DNA from: Bradymonadia bacterium
Lineage (GTDB): Bacteria; Myxococcota_A; Bradymonadia; UBA7976; UBA1532
Reading direction: 5' to 3'
Length of the DNA stretch: 64,000 bases
Assembly: GCA_046290225.1 (NCBI GenBank)
Contig: JBKAGE010000037.1
Coordinates: 192,001 to 256,000, forward strand
Part shown: piece by piece, positions 35,263 to 44,563 of the stretch
How the letters are laid out: every line of letters begins with the position of its first letter
Position numbering within the stretch: position 1 is the stretch's first letter
Translations under genes and position numbers: made by a program
The notes under the pieces: model-generated
What the model was told of the DNA's origin: nothing
The model's database searches: none
What the model saw: only the letters and a program-made list of their open reading frames with translations

Positions 35263-36584
35263 GCGATCTGCTCAAGCGGGCCCACGACGCTGTGGCCCTG
35301 GCGAAGAAGCACGGCGCCGATGACGTGGTGGCCAGCATCGGCCGCTCTCGCGGGGTGGAGCTGGAGTGGCGCGACGGCAAGATGGAGCGGGTGCAGGATC
35401 AGACCACCCAAGGCCTGAGCCTGCGCCTCTACGTGAACGGCCGCTACAGCGCCAACAGCACCAACGATCTGCGCCCCGAGGCTCTCGACGCCTTCGTGGG
35501 CGAGGCCGTGGCCATGACCCAGCTGCTCGAGCCCGATCCGCACCGCAACTTGCCTGATCCGTCGATGTACGAAGGCCGCGCCGACGTGGATCTCGATCTG
35601 GTGGACGACGCCCACAAGAGCGTCACGTCGTCACAGCGCATGACCTGGGCCGACGAGCTCGAGACCCTGGTTCGGGAGCAGGCCCCGGAGGGCGCCCCCA
35701 TCGTCTCGGTGGCCACCGGCGTCTCCGACGGTTACGGGGAGCGGGCCCGGGTGCACTCCAACGGCTTCGAGGGCTACTCCGAGGGCACCACCTTCAGCCG
35801 CTGGACTCAAATCACCCTCAAAGACGAGGACGGCCGTCGCCCCGCGGGCTTCGGCTGGACCGCCAGCCGCCACCTCGAAGATCTCGACGACGCACGCCGC
35901 GTGGCCACCGATGGCGTGGCCCGGGCGATGCAGCAGCTCGGCGCTGGCAAGCTCAACACCGGCCGCTACACAGTCATCGTGGAGAACCGCGCCCTCGGTC
36001 GCCTGATCGGTGCCCTGCTCGGCCCACTCTCCGGGGCGGCGCTGCAGCAAAAGCAGTCGCTCTGGGATGGCAAGCTCGACACCCAGATCGTGAGCGACAA
36101 GCTCACCCTGGTGAGCGAGCCCCACATCGTGCGCGGTCTGGGCTCGGCCCTCTGGGACGGCGACGGCTTCGCCACCAAGGAGCGCCCCATCCTCGAGAAC
36201 GGGGTGCTCAAGACCTACTTCATCGACCACTACTACGGAAACAAGATGGGCGTGGCCCCCACCACCAGCGGGTACAACAACCTGCGCTGGTCCATGGGCG
36301 ATAAAGGCCTCGCCGAGCTGGTCTCCGACGTGGGCGAGGGCGTACTCATCGACCGTTTCCTCGGCGGCAACAGCAACGGCACCACCGGTGAGATCAGCCT
36401 GGGCTGCGGCGGCCGCCGCATCGTGAACGGACAGCTCGAGGGCTCGGTGCAGGAGGTGAACCTGTCGGGTCACTTCGGCGAGATCTGGTCGAGCATCGTG
36501 GCCATCGGGAATGATCCGATGCCCTCGAGCTCGAGTCGCTGCCCTTCGGTGGTCTTCGAGGGGATTCAGCTGAGTGGGGTATAG
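35259..36584 (+). CDS. pmbA: TldE/PmbA non-catalytic partner subunit
   Basis: ATGA coupling to tldD; GSALWDGDG, ENGVLKTY, NGTTGEIS; no HExxxH. Confidence 0.88.
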   Translation: MSDLLKRAHDAVALAKKHGADDVVASIGRSRGVELEWRDGKMERVQDQTTQGLSLRLYVNGRYSANSTNDLRPEALDAFVGEAVAMTQLLEPDPHRNLPDPSMYEGRADVDLDLVDDAHKSVTSSQRMTWADELETLVREQAPEGAPIVSVATGVSDGYGERARVHSNGFEGYSEGTTFSRWTQITLKDEDGRRPAGFGWTASRHLEDLDDARRVATDGVARAMQQLGAGKLNTGRYTVIVENRALGRLIGALLGPLSGAALQQKQSLWDGKLDTQIVSDKLTLVSEPHIVRGLGSALWDGDGFATKERPILENGVLKTYFIDHYYGNKMGVAPTTSGYNNLRWSMGDKGLAELVSDVGEGVLIDRFLGGNSNGTTGEISLGCGGRRIVNGQLEGSVQEVNLSGHFGEIWSSIVAIGNDPMPSSSSRCPSVVFEGIQLSGV

Positions 36585-36626
36585 TTTACCCCCGGCTCTC
36601 GCTTTGCTTGTACGGCTGACGCCTTG

Positions 36627-36674
36627 AGAGAGTTTCGGGCACGGGCACGGGCACGGGCACGGGCACGGGCACGA
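36627..36674. repeat. Intergenic element AGAGAGTTT(CGGGCA)6CGA, copy 1
   Basis: Six exact hexamers at 36636-36671; same flanks as the copy at 55864. Confidence 0.9.
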
Positions 36675-36740
36675 CTTGATTCGTGACCTGGGCAGGGTGT
36701 CTGACAGCCCAACAACTTGTGACGTGCTGGGGTCAGGCTG

Positions 36741-37820
36741 TTGATTCGCTCCCTTCATCTTCAGAACTTCAAGAGTCATGTAGATACTCAGCTCGAGCTG
36801 GGGCGCTTGAATGTACTCGTGGGGCCGAACGCGGCGGGAAAGACCTCTGTTCTTCTTGCTCTTCATCTACATGAACAACTGATCTGGGATGAACAGGGTG
36901 TGCCCTTTCAGGGATACCACGGCATTCGCCATCTCGTTCGGCGAGGGCAAAACAAGCTGCTGGTCCATGTGGGATATGACTCGATCGATTTGGCCCTTCA
37001 AGCCACATACAGCTCACAGACTCTTCAGGGATTTAATCTCACTGCATACCAAGATGAAAGATCAGTTGGCCCAATACTTGAGAGCGGTCACTGGACGAAT
37101 GGCCAGAGGTACACTCACCGCCAAACCGTTCAACACACATGGCAAAAACGAACAGGGCGGCCAGCCTTTCTTCAACTGACACCTGGCGATCTCATGGCGC
37201 CAGCACCAATGAGCGCTTCACCTGTATTGAGTATGAGTGGACGAGGCTTGGCGGCGGTCATTGCTGAAATGAAGCTGACTGACTCCAAAGCACTTGATGC
37301 CATTGTGACCGATCTTCAAACCATCGTGCCTCAACTCATCGCATTGAGGGTCCACACAGTTGACCATGTCACTGAGCACAACCAGACGGAAGGACGGATG
37401 GAGTTGCTCGTCGACTTTGAAGGCGCCCCCGGCATCCCTGCCCACGCCGTCAGTGAAGGCACCCTCATCGCCATTGGCCTCATGACCATCTTGCACATGG
37501 AGCAGCGCCCCAAACTCATCTTGCTCGACGACATCGATCAGTCGCTCCACCCCAAAGCACAGTGGGAGCTGATTCGGCTCCTGCGGCGCTTCATCGAGCA
37601 AGATGACGAGTTGCAAATCGTCGCCACCACCCACTCCCCTTACCTCGTCGACGAGTTGGAGCCTGAAGAGGTCATCGTCACCGCACTTGATGACGAAGGT
37701 GTCAGCCACTGTCGGCGACTCTCAGACCACCCGGACGCAGCTCGATTGCGTGAGGTGCTCTCTACAGGTGAGATGCTCAGCGCTCAGGGCGAAGACTGGG
37801 TGATTCAGCCTGCCTCATGA
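36741..37820 (+). CDS. ABC-type/AAA_21 ATPase (OLD/defence-associated type)
   Basis: LQNFKSH, Walker A GPNAAGKTS, signature-like SEGT, Walker B LLDDID..LHP, H-loop TTHSPY; lower GC. Confidence 0.88.
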   Translation: MIRSLHLQNFKSHVDTQLELGRLNVLVGPNAAGKTSVLLALHLHEQLIWDEQGVPFQGYHGIRHLVRRGQNKLLVHVGYDSIDLALQATYSSQTLQGFNLTAYQDERSVGPILESGHWTNGQRYTHRQTVQHTWQKRTGRPAFLQLTPGDLMAPAPMSASPVLSMSGRGLAAVIAEMKLTDSKALDAIVTDLQTIVPQLIALRVHTVDHVTEHNQTEGRMELLVDFEGAPGIPAHAVSEGTLIAIGLMTILHMEQRPKLILLDDIDQSLHPKAQWELIRLLRRFIEQDDELQIVATTHSPYLVDELEPEEVIVTALDDEGVSHCRRLSDHPDAARLREVLSTGEMLSAQGEDWVIQPAS

Positions 37821-38561
37821 CGCAGATCTTCATCGTATGTGAAGCGTCTGCAGACGCCGACACCGTCAAGGTGCTCGCAGATCGGGTGATCTGTGAGGTG
37901 ATTGACTGGATCGACCCAGACACCCTTCAGTACAGCCGCACATGGTGCGAGCGATCTGGTCAGAGCCATCTCAAGTGGACCCAGCTCAAGAAGGATTGGA
38001 AGGCCCACAATCCTCATAGACATGTACACGGCAAGTATGGAGGCTCAGAAAAAGGGGAGCATATACAAGCGCGCAAAGCGATCATTCTGATCTTCGAGAC
38101 GCAGCCTGACGTCGACGCGCTCATCCTCTCCAGAGACACGGACGCCATCAGCGCTCGGCGTAAAGCCTTCGAAGACGCCCGTGCGTGCAATTGAATCAAA
38201 GGCGCTCACGACGATTTTGGCCATTGCACACCCGGAGCGTGAGGCGTGGCACATCGTCGGCTTTGAGCCCCTAGATGATGTCGAGCGTCAGCGCATACAA
38301 ACGTGCGCGGCTGAAATCGGGGGCCAACCACGGGCGGTGGCTCACAGCCTCAACCCCAAGAAAGAAGAGCACCTGAAATCAACGAAACGAGTGCTTGAGC
38401 AACTGACTGATGGCGACACCGAGCGCGAGCGCGCGTGCATCATTGAAACCCCCCTCGACCTCCTCAAAGATTCGGGCGAAGCTACGGGCCTGACTCAATA
38501 TCTGAACGAGCTGCGCACCCGGCTTGTCCCGCTCATCTCGGGGCGCCCTCAGGCGCAGTGA
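37817..38561 (+). pseudogene. ATPase partner gene (TOPRIM/DUF4276-like) split into two ORFs by a 4-bp duplication
   Basis: ORF 37817..38194 (IVCE...D, SRDTD) and ORF 38181..38561 (EREAW) join in frame as EDARAIESKA if one CGTG of CGTGCGTG (38180-38187) is removed. Confidence 0.7.
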
Positions 38562-38571
38562 AGAGGTGCTC

Positions 38572-40605
38572 ATGAACAAGCTGTTGATCTTCGCGCTGCT
38601 CCTCGCCGGCGGTGGCGCCGGGGCCTGGTATTTCCTCTCAGATGGAGGCGCCTCGGGGCCGAGCTTTGCCGAGCATCTCGACGCCGAGCACACCGTGGCC
38701 TTCGTGGCCATGGAAGATCTCGTCGCCACCACGCAGGCGATGGATCGCGTCTCGAAGTGGATGCCCGCAGAGCAGCGCCCAGCAGACGCCGAGCAGATCT
38801 TCGACCCCGCGAAGCGCTCCGCCTTGATGGGCTTCGACCCGGGCAGCGCCGCCGGATGGGCCAGCGTGGGCATCGATCCAGCGTGGGGCATCGCAGGCGT
38901 CGTGGACGATCGGCTGCGGCTGCCATCGGGCCAGCCCGTGCCCATGATCCTGTCCAAAATCACTGACCAGGGCGCCCTCATCAAAGCCCTCGACGGTCGC
39001 GGGCTGAAGATCACCCTCGAAGCCCCCGAAGGGGGGATCGCCAAAGGCACGGTGGCTGGGGAGCCCATTCTGGTGGGACAACGTGGCCCGCTCACCGCGG
39101 TGGTCTCCCTCACCGGCGTCCCCGAGGATGCTCAGGCGAACGTACGCCCCCTGTTCAGCGGCGTGCTCTCTGGCAATGGCTCTGCCCTCGCGAGCACTCA
39201 GCGATTCAAAGACGCCTCCCGAGGGCGCAAGGGGCGAGGGTTCAACCTCTATGTCGACACCGCCAGGGCCATCGCGGCTACACCCATGGGGGAGAACGGG
39301 CCACAGCCGATCTTCGACTTCTATACGTCTCGATTCCCCGCCGTGTCGCTCTGGCAGGGCGTCACCGAGGGCAGCAGCAGCGGCATGCGCATCCTGGTCC
39401 GCGGTGAGGGCCTCACGGCGTTGAAGCAGATCGTACAGCCCAAGGCGGCGAGCCCGAAGTTCAGCGCCTACCTGCCCGAAGGGGCCTGGTACACAGGCCG
39501 GATGAGCATCAACCTCAAAGAGCTCGTCACGGGCCTCACCGCCCTCATCCCCGCAGAGTTGAGCGAGGTGCGATCCGCCGTGGCCATGGCCCCCGCGGGG
39601 TTGTCCATGATCACGGGGCTGACCTTTGATGATCTGGCGGCAGGGTTCTCGGGGCACTTCTCCTTCGGCGGCCGCATGGATCTCGCCATCTCGGGCAGCC
39701 CTGTCCCGGAGGTCCTGCTCGGGCAAGCCGGCCTCGCCGACGTGAAGAAGGCCCGCAGCATCCTCGAAGGGCTCCTCACCAAAGCAGGGATACCCTCTAC
39801 GCCAGTAGAGCTGAGTGGACACTCGGGGGTCAGCGTCGAGGCCGCAGGCGCGCGCTTTGTCGCGCTCTTCACCGACAATGTGCTCCTGCTCGGATCCGAG
39901 GCCATGGTGAAGGCTGCCGCAGAGAAGCCCAATGGCATCTCGGCCCCCATGGCGAAGTTCATCGATGGCGACGCCTTCTATGGCGCCACGGTGGACATCG
40001 AGCAAATCGCCCGCCTGATGCCCGAGGGGAACCCCCAGACCGACGGGCTCAAGATGCTCCCCATCAACGAGATCTTCGACGGCCCCTTCCAAGTGGGGAT
40101 GACCCTCGACGACCACGGCATCTATGTCGACGAGGCCACCATGGTCCTCGGCGCCGCGGCGGCGATCGCGATTCCTGCCTTCATCAATTACACGAAACGC
40201 GCCAAGGTGACCGAGGTGCAGTTCACCCTGATGCGCATCGCCGATCGGGCCAACACCCACTACATCGACGCCCAGATGGGTGGTGGCTTGGACACTCTGC
40301 AATTCCCCACGTCGACCGGCCCGACGCCGAGCCGACCGCTGTGCAGCGACGGAGATCGGTACGTACATCGCTCAGAAGACTGGCAACACGACACCTGGAA
40401 GACCTTGAAGTTCGAACCGAGCAGCGATCACTACTTCCAGTATGAGTTCATCTCTCAGGGGTCGGGCCGTGAGGCCTCGTTCATCGTGCGGGCCCGGGGC
40501 GATTTGGACTGTGACGGCGAGACCTCTCTCTATGAGATCACGGGTGCCTTCGACGGCAACCTGTTCAAGATCAGCGACGTGCGTGAGGAGAGGCCCCTGG
40601 AATAG
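38572..40605 (+). CDS. Membrane-anchored protein with C-terminal type IV pilin-like domain
   Basis: N-terminal TM; large alpha/beta body; then AAAIAIPAFINYTKRAKVTEV...WKTLKFEP...YFQY...ARGDLDCDG, resembling the PilA helix and head. Confidence 0.7.
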   Translation: MNKLLIFALLLAGGGAGAWYFLSDGGASGPSFAEHLDAEHTVAFVAMEDLVATTQAMDRVSKWMPAEQRPADAEQIFDPAKRSALMGFDPGSAAGWASVGIDPAWGIAGVVDDRLRLPSGQPVPMILSKITDQGALIKALDGRGLKITLEAPEGGIAKGTVAGEPILVGQRGPLTAVVSLTGVPEDAQANVRPLFSGVLSGNGSALASTQRFKDASRGRKGRGFNLYVDTARAIAATPMGENGPQPIFDFYTSRFPAVSLWQGVTEGSSSGMRILVRGEGLTALKQIVQPKAASPKFSAYLPEGAWYTGRMSINLKELVTGLTALIPAELSEVRSAVAMAPAGLSMITGLTFDDLAAGFSGHFSFGGRMDLAISGSPVPEVLLGQAGLADVKKARSILEGLLTKAGIPSTPVELSGHSGVSVEAAGARFVALFTDNVLLLGSEAMVKAAAEKPNGISAPMAKFIDGDAFYGATVDIEQIARLMPEGNPQTDGLKMLPINEIFDGPFQVGMTLDDHGIYVDEATMVLGAAAAIAIPAFINYTKRAKVTEVQFTLMRIADRANTHYIDAQMGGGLDTLQFPTSTGPTPSRPLCSDGDRYVHRSEDWQHDTWKTLKFEPSSDHYFQYEFISQGSGREASFIVRARGDLDCDGETSLYEITGAFDGNLFKISDVREERPLE

Positions 40606-40750
40606 CAGAGCTCTGACTGGCTCTGCGCTGTACCCATGCGATGGCCTTCTGGGTCAGTGATGACACACCTAGCGCGACCCTGCCTTCATATTCTCCACCA
40701 AAAGCTTCGATTTCCTCTCTTGCGTGCATCATTGGACCCAGGAGAGATCG

Positions 40751-41386
40751 ATGCGTATTCGTCACTTGCTCGTCGCCAGCTTCGCCGTCACCACCCTCGG
40801 CCTCACCAGTGCCTCCGCAAAGAGTGGTCAGGGCTACACCAGCATCACCGCCGCTCAGGGTGCTGATCACGAAGGGATCATCACCGAGTTCTTCTCCTAC
40901 GAGTCACCCAAGAGCCGGAGCGCTTGGCAGAAGATGAGTCAGTGGAAGGTGCCCAGCGCCATGGAGTACGAGCGCGTACCGTACATCCAGCGGGCCCACC
41001 ACGCCGTTCAGGCCCGCGGCTACTATGCCTCTCTGCTCCTCGACGAGAGTGGCAAGCACGAGGCCTTTCAGCGCGAGCTCTTCGAAGCGATTCAGGTACA
41101 CGGCGAGTCAGTGACCACCATCGACCAGGTCGTCGACGTGGCCCGGAGCGCAGGGTACGACGCTGCGAACTTCAAGAAGGTCATGCAGGGCGCCGCGGTG
41201 AAGGCCAAGGTGAAGTACGCCCAGGATCTCGCCCAGCAAATGCAGCCCCGCTCGCTGCCCACGCTCATCGTCGATGGCCGCTATCGTACCGACGGCCAGC
41301 TCGCAGGCAACGCAGATCGCATGATCAAGGTGCTCGACAGTCTCGTGGGCAGCGAGCGCGACCAGCTGGCCTCCACCAAGCGCTGA
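40751..41386 (+). CDS. DsbA-like thioredoxin-fold periplasmic protein lacking the CxxC motif
   Basis: Signal peptide; ITEFFSYESPKS at the CPHC position; LFEAIQ; PTLIVDGRY cis-Pro loop; no Cys in the protein. Confidence 0.8.
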   Translation: MRIRHLLVASFAVTTLGLTSASAKSGQGYTSITAAQGADHEGIITEFFSYESPKSRSAWQKMSQWKVPSAMEYERVPYIQRAHHAVQARGYYASLLLDESGKHEAFQRELFEAIQVHGESVTTIDQVVDVARSAGYDAANFKKVMQGAAVKAKVKYAQDLAQQMQPRSLPTLIVDGRYRTDGQLAGNADRMIKVLDSLVGSERDQLASTKR

Positions 41387-41389
41387 GGC

Positions 41390-42739
41390 TCAGGCCTCGA
41401 GGGCTCCGATGCTCTCGGTGACCCGCCCCACCTGATGCCCGAAAGACTCCGCGGGCACCCCTGCCCCGCGCAGCGCAGTGAGCACCGCGTGGCTCGTGTT
41501 GCCTCGACGGTGATCGCGGTGGTGCAGGCCTCCCCGTAGACGGCCACCGCCCTTGCCGGCGATCATGATCGGGAACTCGTCATTGCTGTGGGTGTTGCCT
41601 TCGCTCAGCTCTGTGGTGCACAGGATCGAGCAGTTGTCGAGTACGTTGCCATCGCCTTCGGGGGTGTCCCGCAAGATCTCCAGGCAGCGGGCCAGCTCTC
41701 CCATGATGAAGGTGACCGCGTTGTGTACATTGGGCTGGGGCACCGCCTCGTCGTGACACATCTGGTGCAGGCCGTTCTGAGATCCTGCGGGCCAGACGAT
41801 CATCCCCGAACCGGCGCTGCAGTACATCACCGAGAAGGCCCGGGTGAGATCACACGACAGCGCCAGGGCCAGCAGCTCGCTCAAGGCGATGTTCTTCGCC
41901 GCGAGTGGCTCACGGCCGTTCACTGGTGGGATCACGCCGGGATCTGCAGGGGGCAAACACTCAGGGGCGTCTGCAGCGAGGCGTCGTTCGAGAGTGCGCA
42001 CGCTCTCGAAGTGCTGCTCGAGGCGTCGGCGATCGGCGGCACCCACACGGTTCTGCAGGGTGCTGATGCGCCCCATCACCGCATCGAGCACGCTCCTGCG
42101 GGCAAGATCGAGGCGAGGGTTGTCCCCGCTCATGCCGAAGAGGCGCTGATACAGCCGCTGTGGATCACGCTCCGCGGGGTTGGGATTGTTGGGCCCGTTG
42201 TGGCTCAGATGCTGAAAGGTGGTGCCCTCATCAGTGCCGGTGAAGCGCGCCACCCCAAGCTCGAGGGATCGAAATGGCGTGGTGCCCTCGAAATGGGCCG
42301 CGGCGAGCATGTCGACAGAGGGCTGGGCGAAGGTGGTGACGATCGTGTCCCGGGTGGTGCCCACCTGATGGTATCGCGCCCCGGTCATGATGCCGGTCAT
42401 GCCCGAGTGGTGCGGGTGGCTGGCGGTCTTGATCTCCATGCCGGTGATCACGCTCAGCCACGGCTTCACCCCCATGAGCGGGGCCAGCTCGGCCCCAGGC
42501 TGCCAGTTGGCACCTTCTCCATTGGGGATCCACTGGTCTCGCCGGATCCCGTTGCCCCAGAACCACACGCCGAACCGGGTGGGCAACGGCTCGCCATCGG
42601 CCCATGCGGTGCCGTGGGTGTTCATCATGGCCTCGAGGGGCGGCAGGGCCACAGTGGCGGCGACGCCACCCACGATGCCCTTGAGCACGGTACGACGGTG
42701 CAACGCCTTGCGCTGCAGGTGCGGGCTGCGGGCGCTCAT
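41390..42739 (-). CDS. DUF1552 family protein (Tat-like signal)
   Basis: HRRTVLKG...VALPPLEAM, FWGNG, SVLDAV, LALSCDLTR, EGDGNVLDN, IAGKGGG. Confidence 0.85.
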   Translation of the reverse strand: MSARSPHLQRKALHRRTVLKGIVGGVAATVALPPLEAMMNTHGTAWADGEPLPTRFGVWFWGNGIRRDQWIPNGEGANWQPGAELAPLMGVKPWLSVITGMEIKTASHPHHSGMTGIMTGARYHQVGTTRDTIVTTFAQPSVDMLAAAHFEGTTPFRSLELGVARFTGTDEGTTFQHLSHNGPNNPNPAERDPQRLYQRLFGMSGDNPRLDLARRSVLDAVMGRISTLQNRVGAADRRRLEQHFESVRTLERRLAADAPECLPPADPGVIPPVNGREPLAAKNIALSELLALALSCDLTRAFSVMYCSAGSGMIVWPAGSQNGLHQMCHDEAVPQPNVHNAVTFIMGELARCLEILRDTPEGDGNVLDNCSILCTTELSEGNTHSNDEFPIMIAGKGGGRLRGGLHHRDHRRGNTSHAVLTALRGAGVPAESFGHQVGRVTESIGALEA

Positions 42740-44538
42740 TCTGGCGCCTCCTCTTCTGGCATGCCCTCTTCCGGCGGGCCCTCTTCTGGAGCCCCCACGG
42801 CGCGGAATGATGGGTGGGTTACGAGGGCGAGGGCCAGCGATCTCACTCGATATCCGCTCTCGACAAAGGCTTCACCCAGCTCTGCGAGGGCCAGGGCCTC
42901 ACCAGGGCCTTCGAGGTGCCCTTGGGCGTATCGGTAGAGCCGGCGGACCTGGCACTCTGTAAAATCGTCTCGCCCGGCGATGAGAGCGCTGAGCTGACGG
43001 CCGCCGAGAAAGTCCTCACCGTCGAGGTTGCCCGAAGCGTCGATGGGCGTCTCGGCTTCGATGGTGCGCCACGCGCCGATGGCGTCGTAATTCTCCAGCG
43101 CGAGGCCGATCGGATCCATGTAGACGTGGCAGCTGGCGCACGTCGGATCTTCTCGGTGGCGCTCGAGCTTGGCTCGAGTGGTGGTGGGCGGCGCCCCGTC
43201 GGGATCAGGCTCGAGGCTGGTGTTCACCCCTGGCGGCGGGGGTGGGATGTCGAAGCAGAGCAGGTGGTTCTGCACGAACTTCCCCCGCAGCGTGGGCGAG
43301 GTCACCGTGGCGTGGGCGTTCATGGCGAGGAACGCGCCGGTGCCCAGCAGACCACCACGTGGGTGGTTGCCCGGCAGGATCATCGCCTCGAACTGCCCCG
43401 GGCGCTCTGGCGCTGGCAAACCGTAGAGCGCAGCCAGGGGGCCGTCGACGAAGACCCTCCGGGTGGTGAGCAGCTCGCGCACGTCGACGTCAGCGTCGAC
43501 GACCAGCCACTTGATCAACGCCTCGACCTCGCGACGCATCGACTGCCCGAGGGTGTCGGTCATCTGGGGGAACAGCGTGCGATCTTTGTCGATGAAGGCG
43601 AGCCGGTCGAGGGTGAAGGCTTCTGCGAAGAAGCCCAGCAGCCCCCGCTCCGCCTTTGGATCATCGAGCATGCGCTCAGCTTCGGCCCTGAGCCCCTCCG
43701 GACTGGAGAGTGTGCCCTCGGCGGCGGCATCGAGCAGGGCGTCGTCTGGCGCGGACTGCCACAGGAACCACGCGAGCTTGGCGGCGAGTTCGAAATCATC
43801 GAGGGCCCGGCCTTCGGCGACCTCGGTGCCGAGCTCTACCCGGAACAGAAAATCAGGGGCCTGGAGCATGGCGCTCACGGTCATCTGCACCCCCGCCCAG
43901 GGGTCTTGCAGCAAGTTGCCAGCCTGGTCGACCACATCGAGCAGGTCCTGCAGCTCTGCCTCAGTGAGCGGGCGACGCCAGAGCAAGCGACCGTGATGGG
44001 CGAAGAACACGCTCAGGCACTCGGGCTCGGGGGTGTCACAGCCCGTCAGCGCAGGACCCTGGCCGTCGCCGAAGAGCTGGGCGGCGACATAGCGGGCGGC
44101 CACCTCGTACTGCTCTGCGGCCCGCGGGCTCACGGTGAGCTCTCCACCGCCGATGACGGAGAAACCATGCAGCGGTGTGTCCGCTTCGAGATCATCGGGC
44201 AAGGCCAGGTCGGCGCCGAAGACGTCGCGGAGACTGTTGCGATATTGCTGCATGGTGAGCCGGAACATGCGCGAAGGCGCGGCCTCGAAGGGCGGCAACA
44301 TCTCGCCACCGCCCATACCCCCTGTGGGGGGCATCATCTCGCCGCCAGCACCATCACCTCCGGCGCCACCCACAGGGCCTGGATCTTCGACCCCCCCAGT
44401 GCCCCCTACGGGACCCACGCCCATGTCGGGCACGATGGGGTTTTGAGGGCTGCTCATCTCGCCATCACAGGCTGCGCATGCACACAGCGCAGCCACGGTG
44501 AGCGCTCGTTTCCAGCGATGGGCGTCGAAGATCTGCAT
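42736..44538 (-). CDS. DUF1592/DUF1588/DUF1595/DUF1587/DUF1585 domain lipoprotein with one heme motif
   Basis: RLTMQQYRNSLRD, WRRPLT, FLFRVE, ELAAKLAWFLWQSAPD, TSPTLRG, CASCH, DPIGLALENYD. ATG 44538 preferred to the track start 44649. Confidence 0.85.
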   Translation of the reverse strand: MQIFDAHRWKRALTVAALCACAACDGEMSSPQNPIVPDMGVGPVGGTGGVEDPGPVGGAGGDGAGGEMMPPTGGMGGGEMLPPFEAAPSRMFRLTMQQYRNSLRDVFGADLALPDDLEADTPLHGFSVIGGGELTVSPRAAEQYEVAARYVAAQLFGDGQGPALTGCDTPEPECLSVFFAHHGRLLWRRPLTEAELQDLLDVVDQAGNLLQDPWAGVQMTVSAMLQAPDFLFRVELGTEVAEGRALDDFELAAKLAWFLWQSAPDDALLDAAAEGTLSSPEGLRAEAERMLDDPKAERGLLGFFAEAFTLDRLAFIDKDRTLFPQMTDTLGQSMRREVEALIKWLVVDADVDVRELLTTRRVFVDGPLAALYGLPAPERPGQFEAMILPGNHPRGGLLGTGAFLAMNAHATVTSPTLRGKFVQNHLLCFDIPPPPPGVNTSLEPDPDGAPPTTTRAKLERHREDPTCASCHVYMDPIGLALENYDAIGAWRTIEAETPIDASGNLDGEDFLGGRQLSALIAGRDDFTECQVRRLYRYAQGHLEGPGEALALAELGEAFVESGYRVRSLALALVTHPSFRAVGAPEEGPPEEGMPEEEAPE

Positions 44539-44563
44539 AGATGTTGTGTATGTTAGCACCGAC

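Noticed and set aside
33805..36584. TldD/TldE as maturation protease for the Gly-rich micro-peptide
   Set aside because: 30 kb away, cytoplasmic and widespread; nothing in the sequence links them.
37817..38561. Programmed ribosomal frameshift in the ATPase partner
   Set aside because: No slippery heptamer or obvious stimulatory structure at the junction; the 4-bp duplication accounts for the shift.
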